DNA of 64,000 nucleotides from an uncultured Clostridia bacterium (GCA_947584415.1 CANPWN010000004.1:22110-86109); one strand, 5' to 3'. Counted from the stretch's first letter, positions 29,301-39,188 are shown. Notes: a model not told the origin generated them from the sequence alone. Numbers and translations are program-made.

Positions 29301-32300
29301 ATGTGACTTGGGAGGCAACAAGTGACTTTGCCACAGCATATAAGCTTTACTTTGAAAACGAAGCAGGGACAAGCATAGCAAAACAAAGTTCAACTTTGCC
29401 AACAGTTTATCTTGGCGAGGAAATTGAAAAGAGCGGGGACTTCTATATTGCAGTTCAAGCGGTGTCTAGCAACGAGAGGGTTGTTTCATCAAGCAAGGTT
29501 TACTATCAAAAGGAAAAAGAAAATGCTTTAGTTCACAAACTTGCGGGAGTGACGACCAAAGCACACATTAAGGAAGGCGTTATAACCCTTGATTTTGATG
29601 GTGATGAAAACGGCGAACTTGAAAATCTTGAAAAGAAATATAAGGAAGTTCAAGCAAGTTCAGTTAACCAAGAAGAAGCAGTCAAACATTTGATGACAGA
29701 CAGGCTTTTATATCCGTTTGATTATTCTCTTCAAGACCTTTCAACATTAAAACTCAATCTCAAATTTGTGTCGAAGGACAGCGGAACAACCGGCGAAAGG
29801 GTGTTCACAACAACGGTCAATGCAACAGACATCTTGTCACGACTCAAGCAAAGCATGTTTGAAACCTTACAAAAGGCTTTGGGAACTTACTCTTCACCAG
29901 AATTTTTGACCTTTAATAATATTTTGGCAAGCAAGACCAACTTCTTGGGCGTTGCGTCATCTTCTCTTGCTTTTGATGAGATTGGCTCAGAGGAAAGCAA
30001 AAAGTTTGGCTTTGTTTTTGGTGATGTTATTCCAAGCGGGAAATATGACATTTATATTCAGCAGCAAGGCACAGATGAAACATTTAGTTCTTCTTACAAA
30101 CTTATTTTGGAAAACAAGCAAATCACACGCGCACCAAAAACATGGGTGACAGCAGTTGCGAAAGAGGAAGGCAGCCCTTATCAAAACTATTATCTTAACT
30201 TCCAACCTGTTGATGATTATTCAAGTTACACTTTAAAGTTTGGGGAAAGACAGGCAGTTGTTTACACAATCACCAAAGAAGGCGACAGGTGGTTTAGGAC
30301 TTCCTTTAATGGTGAAAAAGTTGAACTTGAAAAAGGAAATGACGCAAACGGAAATTTGATTGTCAAAATTTCTTTGAACGACCCAGAAAAAGGAATAAGA
30401 TATGAAAGCGACAAGATGAAGTATATTTATGATGTCAACCCATATCCAGGCCGCTCAGAAGAAATGGTGGATGACGAAGTTATTTTCACTGACCTTCAAG
30501 CAAACATTTATGTCAATGGAGATGGCGGTTCATCTGGGGAAGGCAACATTATCAACGGAAAGAGTGACGCAATATATTGCCATTTCTTAAATTTTCAATA
30601 TAACTCACTCAAAATGACAGATGGCTACTTCAATTGGTCAAATGACAGCGCAAGACCAACTTTGATTTACTACAAAACCGCAACTTACACAAGACAGGAC
30701 ACCATATTTGGCAAAAATCCAAATTGGAGTCCAAACAATGTGGGACTTTATGAAACAATTCAATTTGCAACTATTGGTGCCGTTGAAGAAACAAAACTTG
30801 CTGTGTGGGTTGACAGCCCAATTTATAGAATTCACAATGTTTACAAACTTGAAGGTCCAACGCTTGACGCTGTTGATGGTGAAATAAGGATAACTGCGGG
30901 CAACAATTCACAATATGACAAGCGAACGAACTTTGAATTTATCCTTTCAAATGATGTCAGCGAACGGGCAACAAGCAACAGGACAAAAACCATTTACACA
31001 ACGCAAAACATCATAATGCACAAAACAGGCGTCAATGAAATGCTTTCAAGTGATGAAGGCTACAGATATGCCGAAACGGAAAGAAACGCCCAAGTATTTT
31101 ATGTTGCACTTTCTGGCCACACGGTCAGAGAGTATAGTGCCGACAGGGTTGATTACATGACATTCTCGTTCAGCGGCAGCAGAGATGATTTTGAAATCAG
31201 CGTAAACAATCTTGAAGATGGCGGAAGTTTACTTCTTCAATCAAACAAATCAAAACTTGACGCACAAAAATTGACATATCAAAAGGATGACCTTAAGGCA
31301 GAAGTTAAAAAAGGCAACATAAGTTGGGAAAATCAAAATGCTTGGGAAGAGGTTGCAAATAGTTTGCAAGAAGGACAAAAACTTATTTTCCAAGTTGAAG
31401 TTGTGTTCCTGACAAACATCAATGTGGGCGGAACAAACGGCTGGGAAGAGACAGGAGACAGACAAGTATTTTACACTGAAAGCCCAGAACTTAATGCAGA
31501 ACTTATTGATGTCAAACTTGCAGATGTTAACTATGCTTATGTTATAAACATCTTGCCGAGAGTTTACACAAGTGTTGTTTCACAAGGAGCGGTGAATTCA
31601 ATCAAAACTTTGGAAGGCAACACCTATTATGTTCTTGCAGCAAATTCAACCTATAAAGATGGCGCGGCACTTACGAACAAAAACGAAGTCAAAATTCTTA
31701 ATGGCGAATTATTGCAACTTGGCAGCCAACAAAAACCTGTTGAACGAAGCAGTGCAATAACAATTGAAGATTTTGGAATTCAAAAGGGCAGGCTTGCTTG
31801 GAGCGAAGCTGCAGATGATAAAAATGTCAAATATTTGCTATATAAATATGATGGGGCAAACAAAATTCTGCTTGAAGGAGATGTAAGCAGCAGCGACGGC
31901 AAAACTTACTTTAACCCAGACCCAACAAATGCAACACAACTTGAATCTGGGAAAACTTATAACTTTGCAATAAGCGTTTATGAAGAGGCTGGCGAAAACA
32001 CTTTGGGCAAACTAAGAAGTCCAGTCACAAATCTTGTTGACGCCAGAGGCGACTTCATCAATGTTGGCATGTTGCCTGTGATAACAAATCAAGATTATCT
32101 CACGAACAGAGACACATCATCTGAGCAGAACGAATATCCACACACAATTGACTTCACAACCTATTTCACAAGAATAAAAGTTTTAACAAATGGTGATGTC
32201 ACAATTTGGCTTGAAATAACAAAAGGTGGCAACATCAAAGACGGGCAAAATAGAGTTTCACAACTAAGTCCAAGTGCAGAATTCATGTGCGACCTGGACG

Positions 32301-34672
32301 CACCGGAAACAATCATCACAGCGAGAGCAGAAGTTGACAACGCAAACATGCTCAATCCTTACACAAGTTCTCAGTTCTCCTTTGACGAACTGTCATGGAA
32401 CGGTGCTGACGGTTTCTATTTTGACAGCGAAAGCCAGATATTCTATTGGACATTTGGCGCGACAATCAAAAACAGAACAACTGCTGATGCAAAAGTGTAT
32501 GTCAATGAGTTGGGCAAACCTATGGGCGTGGACAAAGGCGAAACACTGACTCTTGCTGACGAATATTTGCCTGTGACAATGGATGATGAAACACTTTATG
32601 TTGCCATCAAAGATGTGAAAATTATCTTAGAAGACAAGACCCTTATGGTCACAACAAAAGATGGCGGCAGTGTGGCATTATATAAAGATAATATGGGCGA
32701 AGCCGAAGCAGATGGAAAAATGTTAACGGGAGCAGCAACACTTCCACTTAACATCCAGTCTTGGAAAATCAAAAAGAGTTTGCCAATATTTAGTGAGGAA
32801 ACATATTATCTTCCACTTTCCGCAGTCAATATTGATGTGCAGACAGGTGTGCTTACGGCTAAAGAAGACTTTGTGCTGTTTACAGATGCAGCGTGCGAAA
32901 AACCTATCTCTATCGCAAAAGGAACTTTGCTTGACAGTTTGCAGTCAACTTCAGAAGGAGAATATTGGAAGACAGAATATGCTTTTGCGGACAAAGCGCC
33001 TTACACCATATATCTAAAGACAGACGAGGCTGACAGAATTTATGAGCAAGATTACAGTGAAGAACAATGCCAGGGTGTATTCTTCAAAGTAGTGACGGAA
33101 ACAAGTTACAGTTACACTGACCCTAGGGATAGCCGAATTAAAATTGATGTGACAACAGAACGCACTTACAACAATGTGCCAATAGGCGAAAAAACGACAG
33201 GCGAATTTAATGGAATAAAGATTGACGAAAACGGCATTTATGTGACGAGTTTTGAGCCGAATGTTTCTGGGCAAATACAAAAATTCACCGTTCAATCAAG
33301 AAAGGGTGAAAATAACTTGCTTTCAGATATAAGGCCTGAACAATTCACACAAACGCAATTCAATCTTTTCGGTGACTATGGCGAAGGAAATCTTGAACAT
33401 CCTTACATAATCTCTTCGGCAACAGAGTTTGAAAACATGAAATATAGGCAAGTAAGACAGCCATACTTAAAAAATTATCATGAAAAGAGAACCACCAAAC
33501 GAACAAATAAAAACACTGGTAATTCTCAACCAGCAACAACCACGGAAAGCGAAGTTGTGGAAGAAGAGGACAGTTACTACTTTGTTCAACAGCAAGATTT
33601 TGAACTTAATGCAACAGGGTTCAAGCAAACGCTTTTCAAAGGCAATTATGATGGTGATAATCACAAAATTACAATCAAATTGACTGGCCATGATGACCTT
33701 TTAGCGCCTGTGACAGGTTCGGTGGCCGTGGGGACAAGTTCAGGTGGTGGCAAAACAGAGCGCGAGTTCACAAAGGGCGGAGGCCTTTTTGAGCAACTTG
33801 ACGCGAACGCGGAAATTAAAAACTTGACCATAGATTTCCGTTACACTTTCACTTCAAGCGGACTAGATAAAGAAAATGTGCTTATTGGCGGGCTGGTTAA
33901 CACCAACTATGGCAAAATAAGTGGCATAAAAGTCATTTCAAGCCAAGTGACTTTCAATTCAAAAATACCATCTTCTTTGTTGCTTGCCCCAGTTGTTGCG
34001 CAGAATAATGGCACAGTTGAAGATGTGTCATCTTCTGCAAATGTCAACATCACAAACACCTTCAGTGGTGGCGTGCAGAATTTCTATTACAGCGGACTTG
34101 TTGGGTTCAATAATTCTCGCACTGGTGCAATCACTTTTGCAAGAAACACAGGCTCAATATCTGTAAATTTTGTCAACAACCTTAATGGCTCGGTCAATGT
34201 TGGCGGTGTTGCAATATCTTCAGTCGAGCAGTCTTCCATACAAGCGTCACTTAACAGTGGCAATTTGACTGCGACATGTGTCAATGGCTCTGCTGTGGCG
34301 GGTGGTGTGTGTGTTTATTGCGAAAATTCAGATTTTTATCACAATGTCAACACCGGCACAATTTCCGCTCAGCATGCTGGCGGTGTGATGTTCTATTTCC
34401 GCGGGGCTAAGTTTGGTGGCTTGGTGGCATTTGGCGCAGTCAGACTTCCATCAAGTTCAAGCACAAATTCAAATCTTATTGCTATCAACACTTCACAAGG
34501 AACGGCAGACACAACTTCCTATTCTGTTGCTGGTTACAGACCAAGCAGTTCAAATTGGAAATGCAATGCCATGGAAGAGGGTGAACTAGATATTCAAACA
34601 AAAGATGGGAAATATAAAATTCATCTAACACGCCAAGCAAACTCTTACACGGCAGACATAACAAAATCTTAA
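23381..34672 (+). CDS. Giant (3763 aa) lipoprotein-anchored surface protein with Big_2, many FN3-like modules and a C-terminal GLUG-like beta-helix
   Basis: GTG start. Signal peptide with lipobox FLPGC (Cys29). Recurrent modules of the type ..LTW....A..Y.... The C-terminal approximately 330 aa carry repeats such as LIGGLVNTNYGKISGI. Confidence 0.85.
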   Translation: MKKQKKSLLNIFLVFATVVVMGLSFLPGCSKAFSFDGKFDKSELIMCVGETFDPSEHFSSDKKVEFSVPEQQVITLQEDGLIKAQMPGKSFVLATSGKLLIGKMDVYVKYSFPVPTNIRVDSDGLITWDEAELLLDGETKKPTYSLQITLDGEPQEMVQVQTNQYQLTQSGNYEVTVKANESADGRILGSEFNSTPISFGFDFVTGVSDFVFNSEDEFGSQKGLLTWQGEGDFVLTLGNMEYELNKNSEQLDFSLYAEQEVLQAKVLRKEEGKLSKSSKIDIKKLKTPVPKFVENELVWGKDDACKYLLKATNQQTEKIVSVTGEKSVLEGLGEGIYSVQMQAIGKPNFANSNVAKYASLLGKIDNVEVQYEIVGSNLNVTFSTAKENNKSFVVTQYAVIDGENVLVGSETFTFEGGKTGDKYVLNHSFPLENGKNSFEVQALPSVSAMVLDGESTSRILKSDILKFDAYNLSEITNLHHSLSGDEHDISALTFDEIEYAEKYTVEVNGEKLEKVDSSTKDGKTTLTLGRLTKAMGKEGKYNIKITVDRVQKEGEITRAVTNDEKTLTMLKVPVMQALNGNKLENSKYVWEKVIDAASDIDVANYKYELYLTEDDGYDNSLVVADVKDTEENQTSELKAGYYVLRVKSLPKPEAEDDYLPSEDFAEDKFYYAEVLESAGIRLDKAEDIETTEIVDGYILTIQAVEDGYKYEVFVNDLSVGSVLNADKKDVLYYELGKDYLFKMAEENFKIEVKVSATDETQQRIHLESLPSVLNVSRLTAPTKRLVDGEKLTVENKDNSASLELVKDGKRINELTIGGNVTIDMSDYEGEFDINARLQGYQNFEDFTTNGTIRLDSDFHAFKFHRSQTPSELNYSKGQISFEHNDQVTEYVALVSVKSLNNEISEKEIVLSTTEKTFDLEEKLVLLRADELFESAYLQRKTLTIKVFARISKDMADVYYLSSRYATLKQSADKNALEIKKLGEVSLLYDEEGKFIYWEGLDAFNVVYEVYYISGEKDEKKGEVKENKFSINSDEYNFSQAGEYKFYVIARSDNSLKSEPSKQIIFHKLKPVESVNVFERDGDYWATFTLNENLTGHITKVWVNGVNIAGDYPQRITFEFKLDKDSFEVYVEGENHLENGDRIHYISSDKKIFAIKDISSSQFDPEIKIENEAIVWKDFGLEASDWMLAQPQKSIAYNLKITNSTQTITIENIKENKLSLLDERLVNASKGILSGDCTISLTVLISEYSLQAGGSGYYGKVDLNGTCVVGKLGAVTNAKAVLNEGGSFSTIEAEYQKDIILSWERQRQNGEMFEIYLNGKKLDETENNSFTVKQSALAESGTNIIEIYVYDKKNLRSDAARISVYRFNEVKVSSFDDDGKIQIAQDSEYDAAKGYIVGIKLGDEEKFFNIENSSFNVQDYLGDFKVKDGVCGLRIIHRATDKITLPNIKATYIEKIMLKKPSVTQTATGLSISTAEADCEVVVKCEVKEFEKTLPYSASGMFLQYPETWDSGEYQFVIYAKKEGCLNSYIKDTSNFTINRIDNVGTVKFTRTENGLDYTLSWNSVSDADHYEIEVWKADESLYKASVNSNQILLSELRKWAEEDYSGEYRFRFTTFAQTSKTANTISKYMEFSVTVVPNAIEDITVSQMGELMLTSSEPNASFHIVAQDGLNKSLSWDKSGQEMKIVVKDESEEKIVLSGLINVSVVQKGGQADEQEAKEGSAIMLDSIAKQNNFSKLQNISSINKNEETGDIKITVKQEDFPDRQFYIVANIAGVTQIKKTPYIKESATLFKIRSIEICELFPELEEGTFKFNIFSTAESVLRSEEIDCSFEYGKISDVLSLRKVDENDFLIINKQWQENSSLPHTGEADGNITKIYVYVISQKGEKYLDIDVSKAKGYWMESDPWFMTTIPSVKEYQKVYALNMADVLAELDAGKIYVKIGYVQSQFAVYGFSEAFEYQKLEAPQNVSAQLGNVTWEATSDFATAYKLYFENEAGTSIAKQSSTLPTVYLGEEIEKSGDFYIAVQAVSSNERVVSSSKVYYQKEKENALVHKLAGVTTKAHIKEGVITLDFDGDENGELENLEKKYKEVQASSVNQEEAVKHLMTDRLLYPFDYSLQDLSTLKLNLKFVSKDSGTTGERVFTTTVNATDILSRLKQSMFETLQKALGTYSSPEFLTFNNILASKTNFLGVASSSLAFDEIGSEESKKFGFVFGDVIPSGKYDIYIQQQGTDETFSSSYKLILENKQITRAPKTWVTAVAKEEGSPYQNYYLNFQPVDDYSSYTLKFGERQAVVYTITKEGDRWFRTSFNGEKVELEKGNDANGNLIVKISLNDPEKGIRYESDKMKYIYDVNPYPGRSEEMVDDEVIFTDLQANIYVNGDGGSSGEGNIINGKSDAIYCHFLNFQYNSLKMTDGYFNWSNDSARPTLIYYKTATYTRQDTIFGKNPNWSPNNVGLYETIQFATIGAVEETKLAVWVDSPIYRIHNVYKLEGPTLDAVDGEIRITAGNNSQYDKRTNFEFILSNDVSERATSNRTKTIYTTQNIIMHKTGVNEMLSSDEGYRYAETERNAQVFYVALSGHTVREYSADRVDYMTFSFSGSRDDFEISVNNLEDGGSLLLQSNKSKLDAQKLTYQKDDLKAEVKKGNISWENQNAWEEVANSLQEGQKLIFQVEVVFLTNINVGGTNGWEETGDRQVFYTESPELNAELIDVKLADVNYAYVINILPRVYTSVVSQGAVNSIKTLEGNTYYVLAANSTYKDGAALTNKNEVKILNGELLQLGSQQKPVERSSAITIEDFGIQKGRLAWSEAADDKNVKYLLYKYDGANKILLEGDVSSSDGKTYFNPDPTNATQLESGKTYNFAISVYEEAGENTLGKLRSPVTNLVDARGDFINVGMLPVITNQDYLTNRDTSSEQNEYPHTIDFTTYFTRIKVLTNGDVTIWLEITKGGNIKDGQNRVSQLSPSAEFMCDLDAPETIITARAEVDNANMLNPYTSSQFSFDELSWNGADGFYFDSESQIFYWTFGATIKNRTTADAKVYVNELGKPMGVDKGETLTLADEYLPVTMDDETLYVAIKDVKIILEDKTLMVTTKDGGSVALYKDNMGEAEADGKMLTGAATLPLNIQSWKIKKSLPIFSEETYYLPLSAVNIDVQTGVLTAKEDFVLFTDAACEKPISIAKGTLLDSLQSTSEGEYWKTEYAFADKAPYTIYLKTDEADRIYEQDYSEEQCQGVFFKVVTETSYSYTDPRDSRIKIDVTTERTYNNVPIGEKTTGEFNGIKIDENGIYVTSFEPNVSGQIQKFTVQSRKGENNLLSDIRPEQFTQTQFNLFGDYGEGNLEHPYIISSATEFENMKYRQVRQPYLKNYHEKRTTKRTNKNTGNSQPATTTESEVVEEEDSYYFVQQQDFELNATGFKQTLFKGNYDGDNHKITIKLTGHDDLLAPVTGSVAVGTSSGGGKTEREFTKGGGLFEQLDANAEIKNLTIDFRYTFTSSGLDKENVLIGGLVNTNYGKISGIKVISSQVTFNSKIPSSLLLAPVVAQNNGTVEDVSSSANVNITNTFSGGVQNFYYSGLVGFNNSRTGAITFARNTGSISVNFVNNLNGSVNVGGVAISSVEQSSIQASLNSGNLTATCVNGSAVAGGVCVYCENSDFYHNVNTGTISAQHAGGVMFYFRGAKFGGLVAFGAVRLPSSSSTNSNLIAINTSQGTADTTSYSVAGYRPSSSNWKCNAMEEGELDIQTKDGKYKIHLTRQANSYTADITKS

Positions 34673-34705
34673 TAAAAGGCAAAAAATGTGAATAAATTAA
34701 GTATT

Positions 34706-35581
34706 ATGAAAAAATTGTTTTTATTGGCATTATGCACTTGTTTTGCCTTCACTTTGGTTGGCTGCAATCATCAAGAGCGGCTGGATTTTGAAAACAAAAT
34801 GGCAATGCAAGTTGTTGTCACTCAAAATTCAATAAGCCAAAACTTTATGTTTCCCGCCTTCGCAAAATATTTTGCTGAGCATGTTGGAGAAGAAGGCACT
34901 CAAAATTACACAAATGACCTTTGCGAGCAAATTTCAAAAAATATTTGGCGAGTTTACTTTTTAAATTATTTGGCCATTTATTCTCTTAGCCCTGATGAAA
35001 AATATACACCAGGCGGAAAGGAACTTACAATTGTTGAAGTGAATTACAATGAAGTTGATGACATGGTGGAATTTGCTTTCAAGTTTAACAGTTTGAGTTG
35101 TTGGGAGTATTATCATCCTTCAGACGAGGACGACAAAGAAGACGACAGTGGCATAAATTTTATTGAAACATCATCTTCAGAAGGCATTTTCCCTTTCTGC
35201 CAAGAACTTGACGGCAACAAAGTGGGTGACACATATACTCAAATTATCAAAGATACTCAGAAGAAACACTTTTCGGAAGAGCAAGTTGACGGCTGCCCAA
35301 AAATTGGCTATGTGTATGATTATGTGACCTATCACAAGCGTGTCCACTCAAACGCAGACAGTGTTATTTATCAAGCAGGAAATTATCATCATGTTTGGCA
35401 GAGTGACAATTTGGAACTTGCGCAGGACAAAACAATAATCCTAAGCACAAACAATGCAAACAGAGGTTGGTGGTATTTGGTTGTGCTTATTCCAGTGGTT
35501 GTCCTTACGGGAGGGATATGCTTGGGAATTTGGATATATCAGCGAAATAAAAACAAAAAAGTTGTCAAAAAAGAAGGTTAA
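34706..35581 (+). CDS. Lipoprotein with additional C-terminal TM anchor, unknown function
   Basis: MKKLFLLALCTCFAFTLVGC lipobox. The C-terminus has the GWWYLVVLIPVVVLTGGICLGIWIY helix. Confidence 0.6.
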   Translation: MKKLFLLALCTCFAFTLVGCNHQERLDFENKMAMQVVVTQNSISQNFMFPAFAKYFAEHVGEEGTQNYTNDLCEQISKNIWRVYFLNYLAIYSLSPDEKYTPGGKELTIVEVNYNEVDDMVEFAFKFNSLSCWEYYHPSDEDDKEDDSGINFIETSSSEGIFPFCQELDGNKVGDTYTQIIKDTQKKHFSEEQVDGCPKIGYVYDYVTYHKRVHSNADSVIYQAGNYHHVWQSDNLELAQDKTIILSTNNANRGWWYLVVLIPVVVLTGGICLGIWIYQRNKNKKVVKKEG

Positions 35582-35595
35582 AGCCTTCTTTTTTA
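35572..35595 (+). terminator. Intrinsic terminator
   Basis: AGAAGG pairs with CCTTCT and is followed by a T-run. Confidence 0.6.
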
Positions 35596-35649
35596 TTGAA
35601 AAATAAAATTTTTGTGATATACTATAGCGGTTAAAAGGATTTTTTAATT

Positions 35650-37482
35650 ATGACTAACGAAAAAATCAGAAATGTTGCAATTATTGCCCATGTTGACCAT
35701 GGTAAAACCTCACTTGTCAACGAAATGTTAAAACAGGGGCATGTTTTCAGGGATAACCAAGTTGTTGAGGACAGGGTTATGGACTCTAACGCGCTTGAAA
35801 AGGAAAGGGGTATTACCATTTTGGCAAAAAACACCTCTTGCGTTTATAATGACACAAAAATCAACATCATTGACACTCCAGGCCACGCGGATTTTGGCGG
35901 CGAAGTTGAAAGAGTTTTAAAGATGGTTGATGGTGTTCTTCTTCTTGTTGACGCTTATGAAGGGCCTATGCCACAGACTAGATTTGTTTTACAAAAGGCA
36001 CTTGACCTCAATTTGAGTGTTGTGGTTGTTGTCAACAAAATTGACAAGCCGGATGCAAGACCAAAAGAGGTTGTTGACGAAGTTTTGGAACTTTTTCTTG
36101 AATTGGACGCAAATGAAGAACAACTTAACAGTCCTTTTGTTTTTTGTTCTGCAAAACTGGGGACTGCTTCGCTTGATGCAAATAAAGTTGGCGAAAATCT
36201 TAATCCGTTATTTGAAACAATCATAAGTCATGTTCCAGCGCCAAGCGGAGATGAGGCACAACCTTTGCAACTTTTGATTTCTTCTGCTGAACACAATGAT
36301 TATGTTGGCAGGCTTGCTGTTGGAAAAATCACGAGAGGATGCGTTAAAGAAGGGCAAAACATAACCGTATGCAATTTTTACGAGCCAAACAAAAAACAAA
36401 AATCAAAAATTGTTTCGCTCTTTGTGTTTGAGGGCTTAAAGCGTGTGCCAGTAAAAGAGGCAAATGTTGGCGAAATTGTTTGTGTTGCTGGACTTGAAGA
36501 GGTCAACATTGGCGACACAATTTGTGGCGAGGACACATGCGAGCCTATTGAATTTGTCAAAATTGCTGAGCCGAGCATTGAAATGACTTTTATGGTCAAT
36601 AATTCACCGCTTGCAGGCACGGAAGGAAAATATGTCACAAGCAGACATTTGAGGGACAGGCTTTATAAAGAGGCGGTCAAAGACCTTTCATTAAAAGTCA
36701 CAGATGGCCCAACTGCCGACACATTTATTGTTCGTGGCAGGGGTGAAATGCACTTGTCCATACTTATTGAAAACATGAGGCGTGATGGTTATGAATTTCA
36801 AGTTTCAATGCCAAAGGTTTTGATAAAGGAAATTGATGGTGTCAAGTGTGAGCCAATTGACAGGCTGTTTTTGGATGTGCCAGAAGGCGCGGTTGGAACG
36901 GTCATGAACAAGATGGGTGTTCGAAAAGGCGAACTTGTTGGCATGACACCTCATGGCAGCAGGATGAAAATGGAATTTCTTATTCCATCCAGAGGTTTGT
37001 TTGGTTTTAAGAGTGAACTTCTCACAGACACGCGTGGCGAAGGAGTTATCAACTCAATTTTTGACAGTTATCAGCCTTATAAGGGCGAAATTCAAAGGCG
37101 TGAATTTGGCTCTCTTATTGCACATGAAGATGGCGAAAGCATTGTGTATGGCCTTTTCAATGCACAAGAGCGCGGTGACCTTTTCATTGGTGCAGGAGTT
37201 AAGGTTTATGCTGGCATGGTGGTTGGGCAAAACCCTAAAGGCGGCGACATTGTCGTCAATGTTTGCAAGAAAAAACATCTTTCAAATATGCGTTCTTCGG
37301 GCGCTGACGAGGCTTTAAGATTGACACCACCAAAACTTTTAAGTTTGGAAGAGGCAATTGAATTTATTGCTGATGATGAATTGTTGGAAATTACGCCAAA
37401 AAATGTTAGAATAAGAAAAATAATACTTGACCACACAATGCGTTTGCGTGAAAAAGGCAAGCAACTTAGGGGTGAGGTTTAA
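35650..37482 (+). CDS. typA: Translational GTPase TypA/BipA
   Basis: IRNVAIIAHVDHGKTSL, DTPGHADFGGEVER, NKIDK. 610 aa. Confidence 0.92.
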   Translation: MTNEKIRNVAIIAHVDHGKTSLVNEMLKQGHVFRDNQVVEDRVMDSNALEKERGITILAKNTSCVYNDTKINIIDTPGHADFGGEVERVLKMVDGVLLLVDAYEGPMPQTRFVLQKALDLNLSVVVVVNKIDKPDARPKEVVDEVLELFLELDANEEQLNSPFVFCSAKLGTASLDANKVGENLNPLFETIISHVPAPSGDEAQPLQLLISSAEHNDYVGRLAVGKITRGCVKEGQNITVCNFYEPNKKQKSKIVSLFVFEGLKRVPVKEANVGEIVCVAGLEEVNIGDTICGEDTCEPIEFVKIAEPSIEMTFMVNNSPLAGTEGKYVTSRHLRDRLYKEAVKDLSLKVTDGPTADTFIVRGRGEMHLSILIENMRRDGYEFQVSMPKVLIKEIDGVKCEPIDRLFLDVPEGAVGTVMNKMGVRKGELVGMTPHGSRMKMEFLIPSRGLFGFKSELLTDTRGEGVINSIFDSYQPYKGEIQRREFGSLIAHEDGESIVYGLFNAQERGDLFIGAGVKVYAGMVVGQNPKGGDIVVNVCKKKHLSNMRSSGADEALRLTPPKLLSLEEAIEFIADDELLEITPKNVRIRKIILDHTMRLREKGKQLRGEV

Positions 37483-37496
37483 GGAGGAAAAGGGCA

Positions 37497-37745
37497 ATGA
37501 GCGACAAGAGACCAATGAAAAAACAATTAAAAAGGACAATGTGGTTTTTATTATGCTACGCTTTGATTGCCCTTTTGATTTCTTCACTTCTCATTGTTTA
37601 CACAACCGTTCCACAGTGGCTTAACATGATTGTTATCATTGTGCTTGCGGGGGCAATGTATTTGCCATTTCTTTGGATATGTGCTATCATTGACAAAAAG
37701 AACGCTGAAAAGCATAAAGATGACGAAGACCCATTTGGTGAATAA
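37497..37745 (+). CDS. Small two-TM membrane protein
   Basis: An 82-aa ORF with GGAGG upstream. Confidence 0.45.
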   Translation: MSDKRPMKKQLKRTMWFLLCYALIALLISSLLIVYTTVPQWLNMIVIIVLAGAMYLPFLWICAIIDKKNAEKHKDDEDPFGE

Positions 37746-37757
37746 AAGGAGAATTGT

Positions 37758-39188
37758 ATGCCAGAATACAAAATTATGCCACACAACATAGACGCTGAAC
37801 AGGCAACGCTTGGGTGCTTGCTTATTGACAACATGTGTCAAACAGACATTATGTCCATGTTAAAGGCAGATGATTTTTATAGCGACTCCCACAAGAATAT
37901 TTTTTCTGCTATGCTCAAAATTTTTCAAAAGAACACGCCAATTGATTTCGTTACCATGACAGAAGAATTGGAGCGCGAAGGAATTATTGATGCTGTCGGC
38001 GGCGTTGATTACATAAACTTTTTGTCTGATGTTGTGCCTTCTGCTGCCAATTACAAATATTATGTTGACATAGTCAAAACAAACTCTATAAGAAGGATGC
38101 TCATTAAAAGCGGACAAAACATCATTGAGCATGCTTATACAGAAGAAGACAAAGAAAAAGTTTTAACTTTTGCTGAAGGCGAAATTTATGCAATCTCTGA
38201 AAGAGAGGAAATTTCGGAACTTGAACATGTTGGCAGACCTAATGGAGCAGTTAAAACTGTGATTGACAAATTTGATTTGGTGTCAAAAAATCCAGACGCA
38301 CTTAGAGGTCTTTCCACAGGCTACCGCGACTTAGACGCAATCACAAACGGACTTCAAAACTCAGACCTCATTTTGTTGGCGGCAAGACCTAGTGTCGGAA
38401 AAACGAGTTTTGCCATGAATTTGGTCACAAACATAGGAGTGAAAGGCGGAAAGAGTTGTGCCGTATTCTCACTTGAAATGTCAAAAGAGCAACTTGCACA
38501 AAGGGCGTTATGCTCACTTGCAAAAGTGCCAATGCAAAATGCACTCACGGGCAAATTGACAAACGAGGAGTGGAAAAGAATTTGGATAGCAACAAAGCAA
38601 CTTGAAGAAAGCAAAATTTTTGTTGATGACTCAAGTTTGACAACTCCTGCCGCACTTTTGTCAAAATGCAGAAGGCTGAAAGCAAAAGAGGGCAAACTTG
38701 ACCTTATCATGATTGACTATTTGCAGTTGATGACGGCTGATGGCAAAAAGAAAGATAACAGGCAAAGCGAGATTTCTGAAATTTCAAGAAATTTGAAAAT
38801 TGCTGCAAAAGAACTCAATGTGCCAATCATTGTTTTGTCCCAACTTTCCCGTGATATTGAAAAGCGTGAAGGACACAAGCCGCAACTGTCTGACCTTAGA
38901 GATTCCGGTGCAATTGAGCAGGATGCGGACATAGTTATGTTCCTGCACAACCCAGAAAAATATGCTGACACCCCAACCGAGCAAGAGCCAGGTGTTGTTG
39001 AACTTATTATTGCAAAGCACAGAAATGGACAAATTGGCAAAATAAACCTGAGGTGGATAGGGGAATACACCACTTTTGTTGGTATGGAAGAAAAAGTTAA
39101 ATACGCCCCAAAACCTCGCCCTGAAGAAACAAAGGCCGAGGCTGAACTTAGCCCTATAAATGATGAAGATTTGGACGGGCTGGTTTAA
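37758..39188 (+). CDS. dnaB: Replicative DNA helicase (DnaB family)
   Basis: PHNIDAEQATLGCLL N-terminus, Walker A ARPSVGKTSFAMN, and IVLSQLSRDIEKR. Confidence 0.92.
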   Translation: MPEYKIMPHNIDAEQATLGCLLIDNMCQTDIMSMLKADDFYSDSHKNIFSAMLKIFQKNTPIDFVTMTEELEREGIIDAVGGVDYINFLSDVVPSAANYKYYVDIVKTNSIRRMLIKSGQNIIEHAYTEEDKEKVLTFAEGEIYAISEREEISELEHVGRPNGAVKTVIDKFDLVSKNPDALRGLSTGYRDLDAITNGLQNSDLILLAARPSVGKTSFAMNLVTNIGVKGGKSCAVFSLEMSKEQLAQRALCSLAKVPMQNALTGKLTNEEWKRIWIATKQLEESKIFVDDSSLTTPAALLSKCRRLKAKEGKLDLIMIDYLQLMTADGKKKDNRQSEISEISRNLKIAAKELNVPIIVLSQLSRDIEKREGHKPQLSDLRDSGAIEQDADIVMFLHNPEKYADTPTEQEPGVVELIIAKHRNGQIGKINLRWIGEYTTFVGMEEKVKYAPKPRPEETKAEAELSPINDEDLDGLV

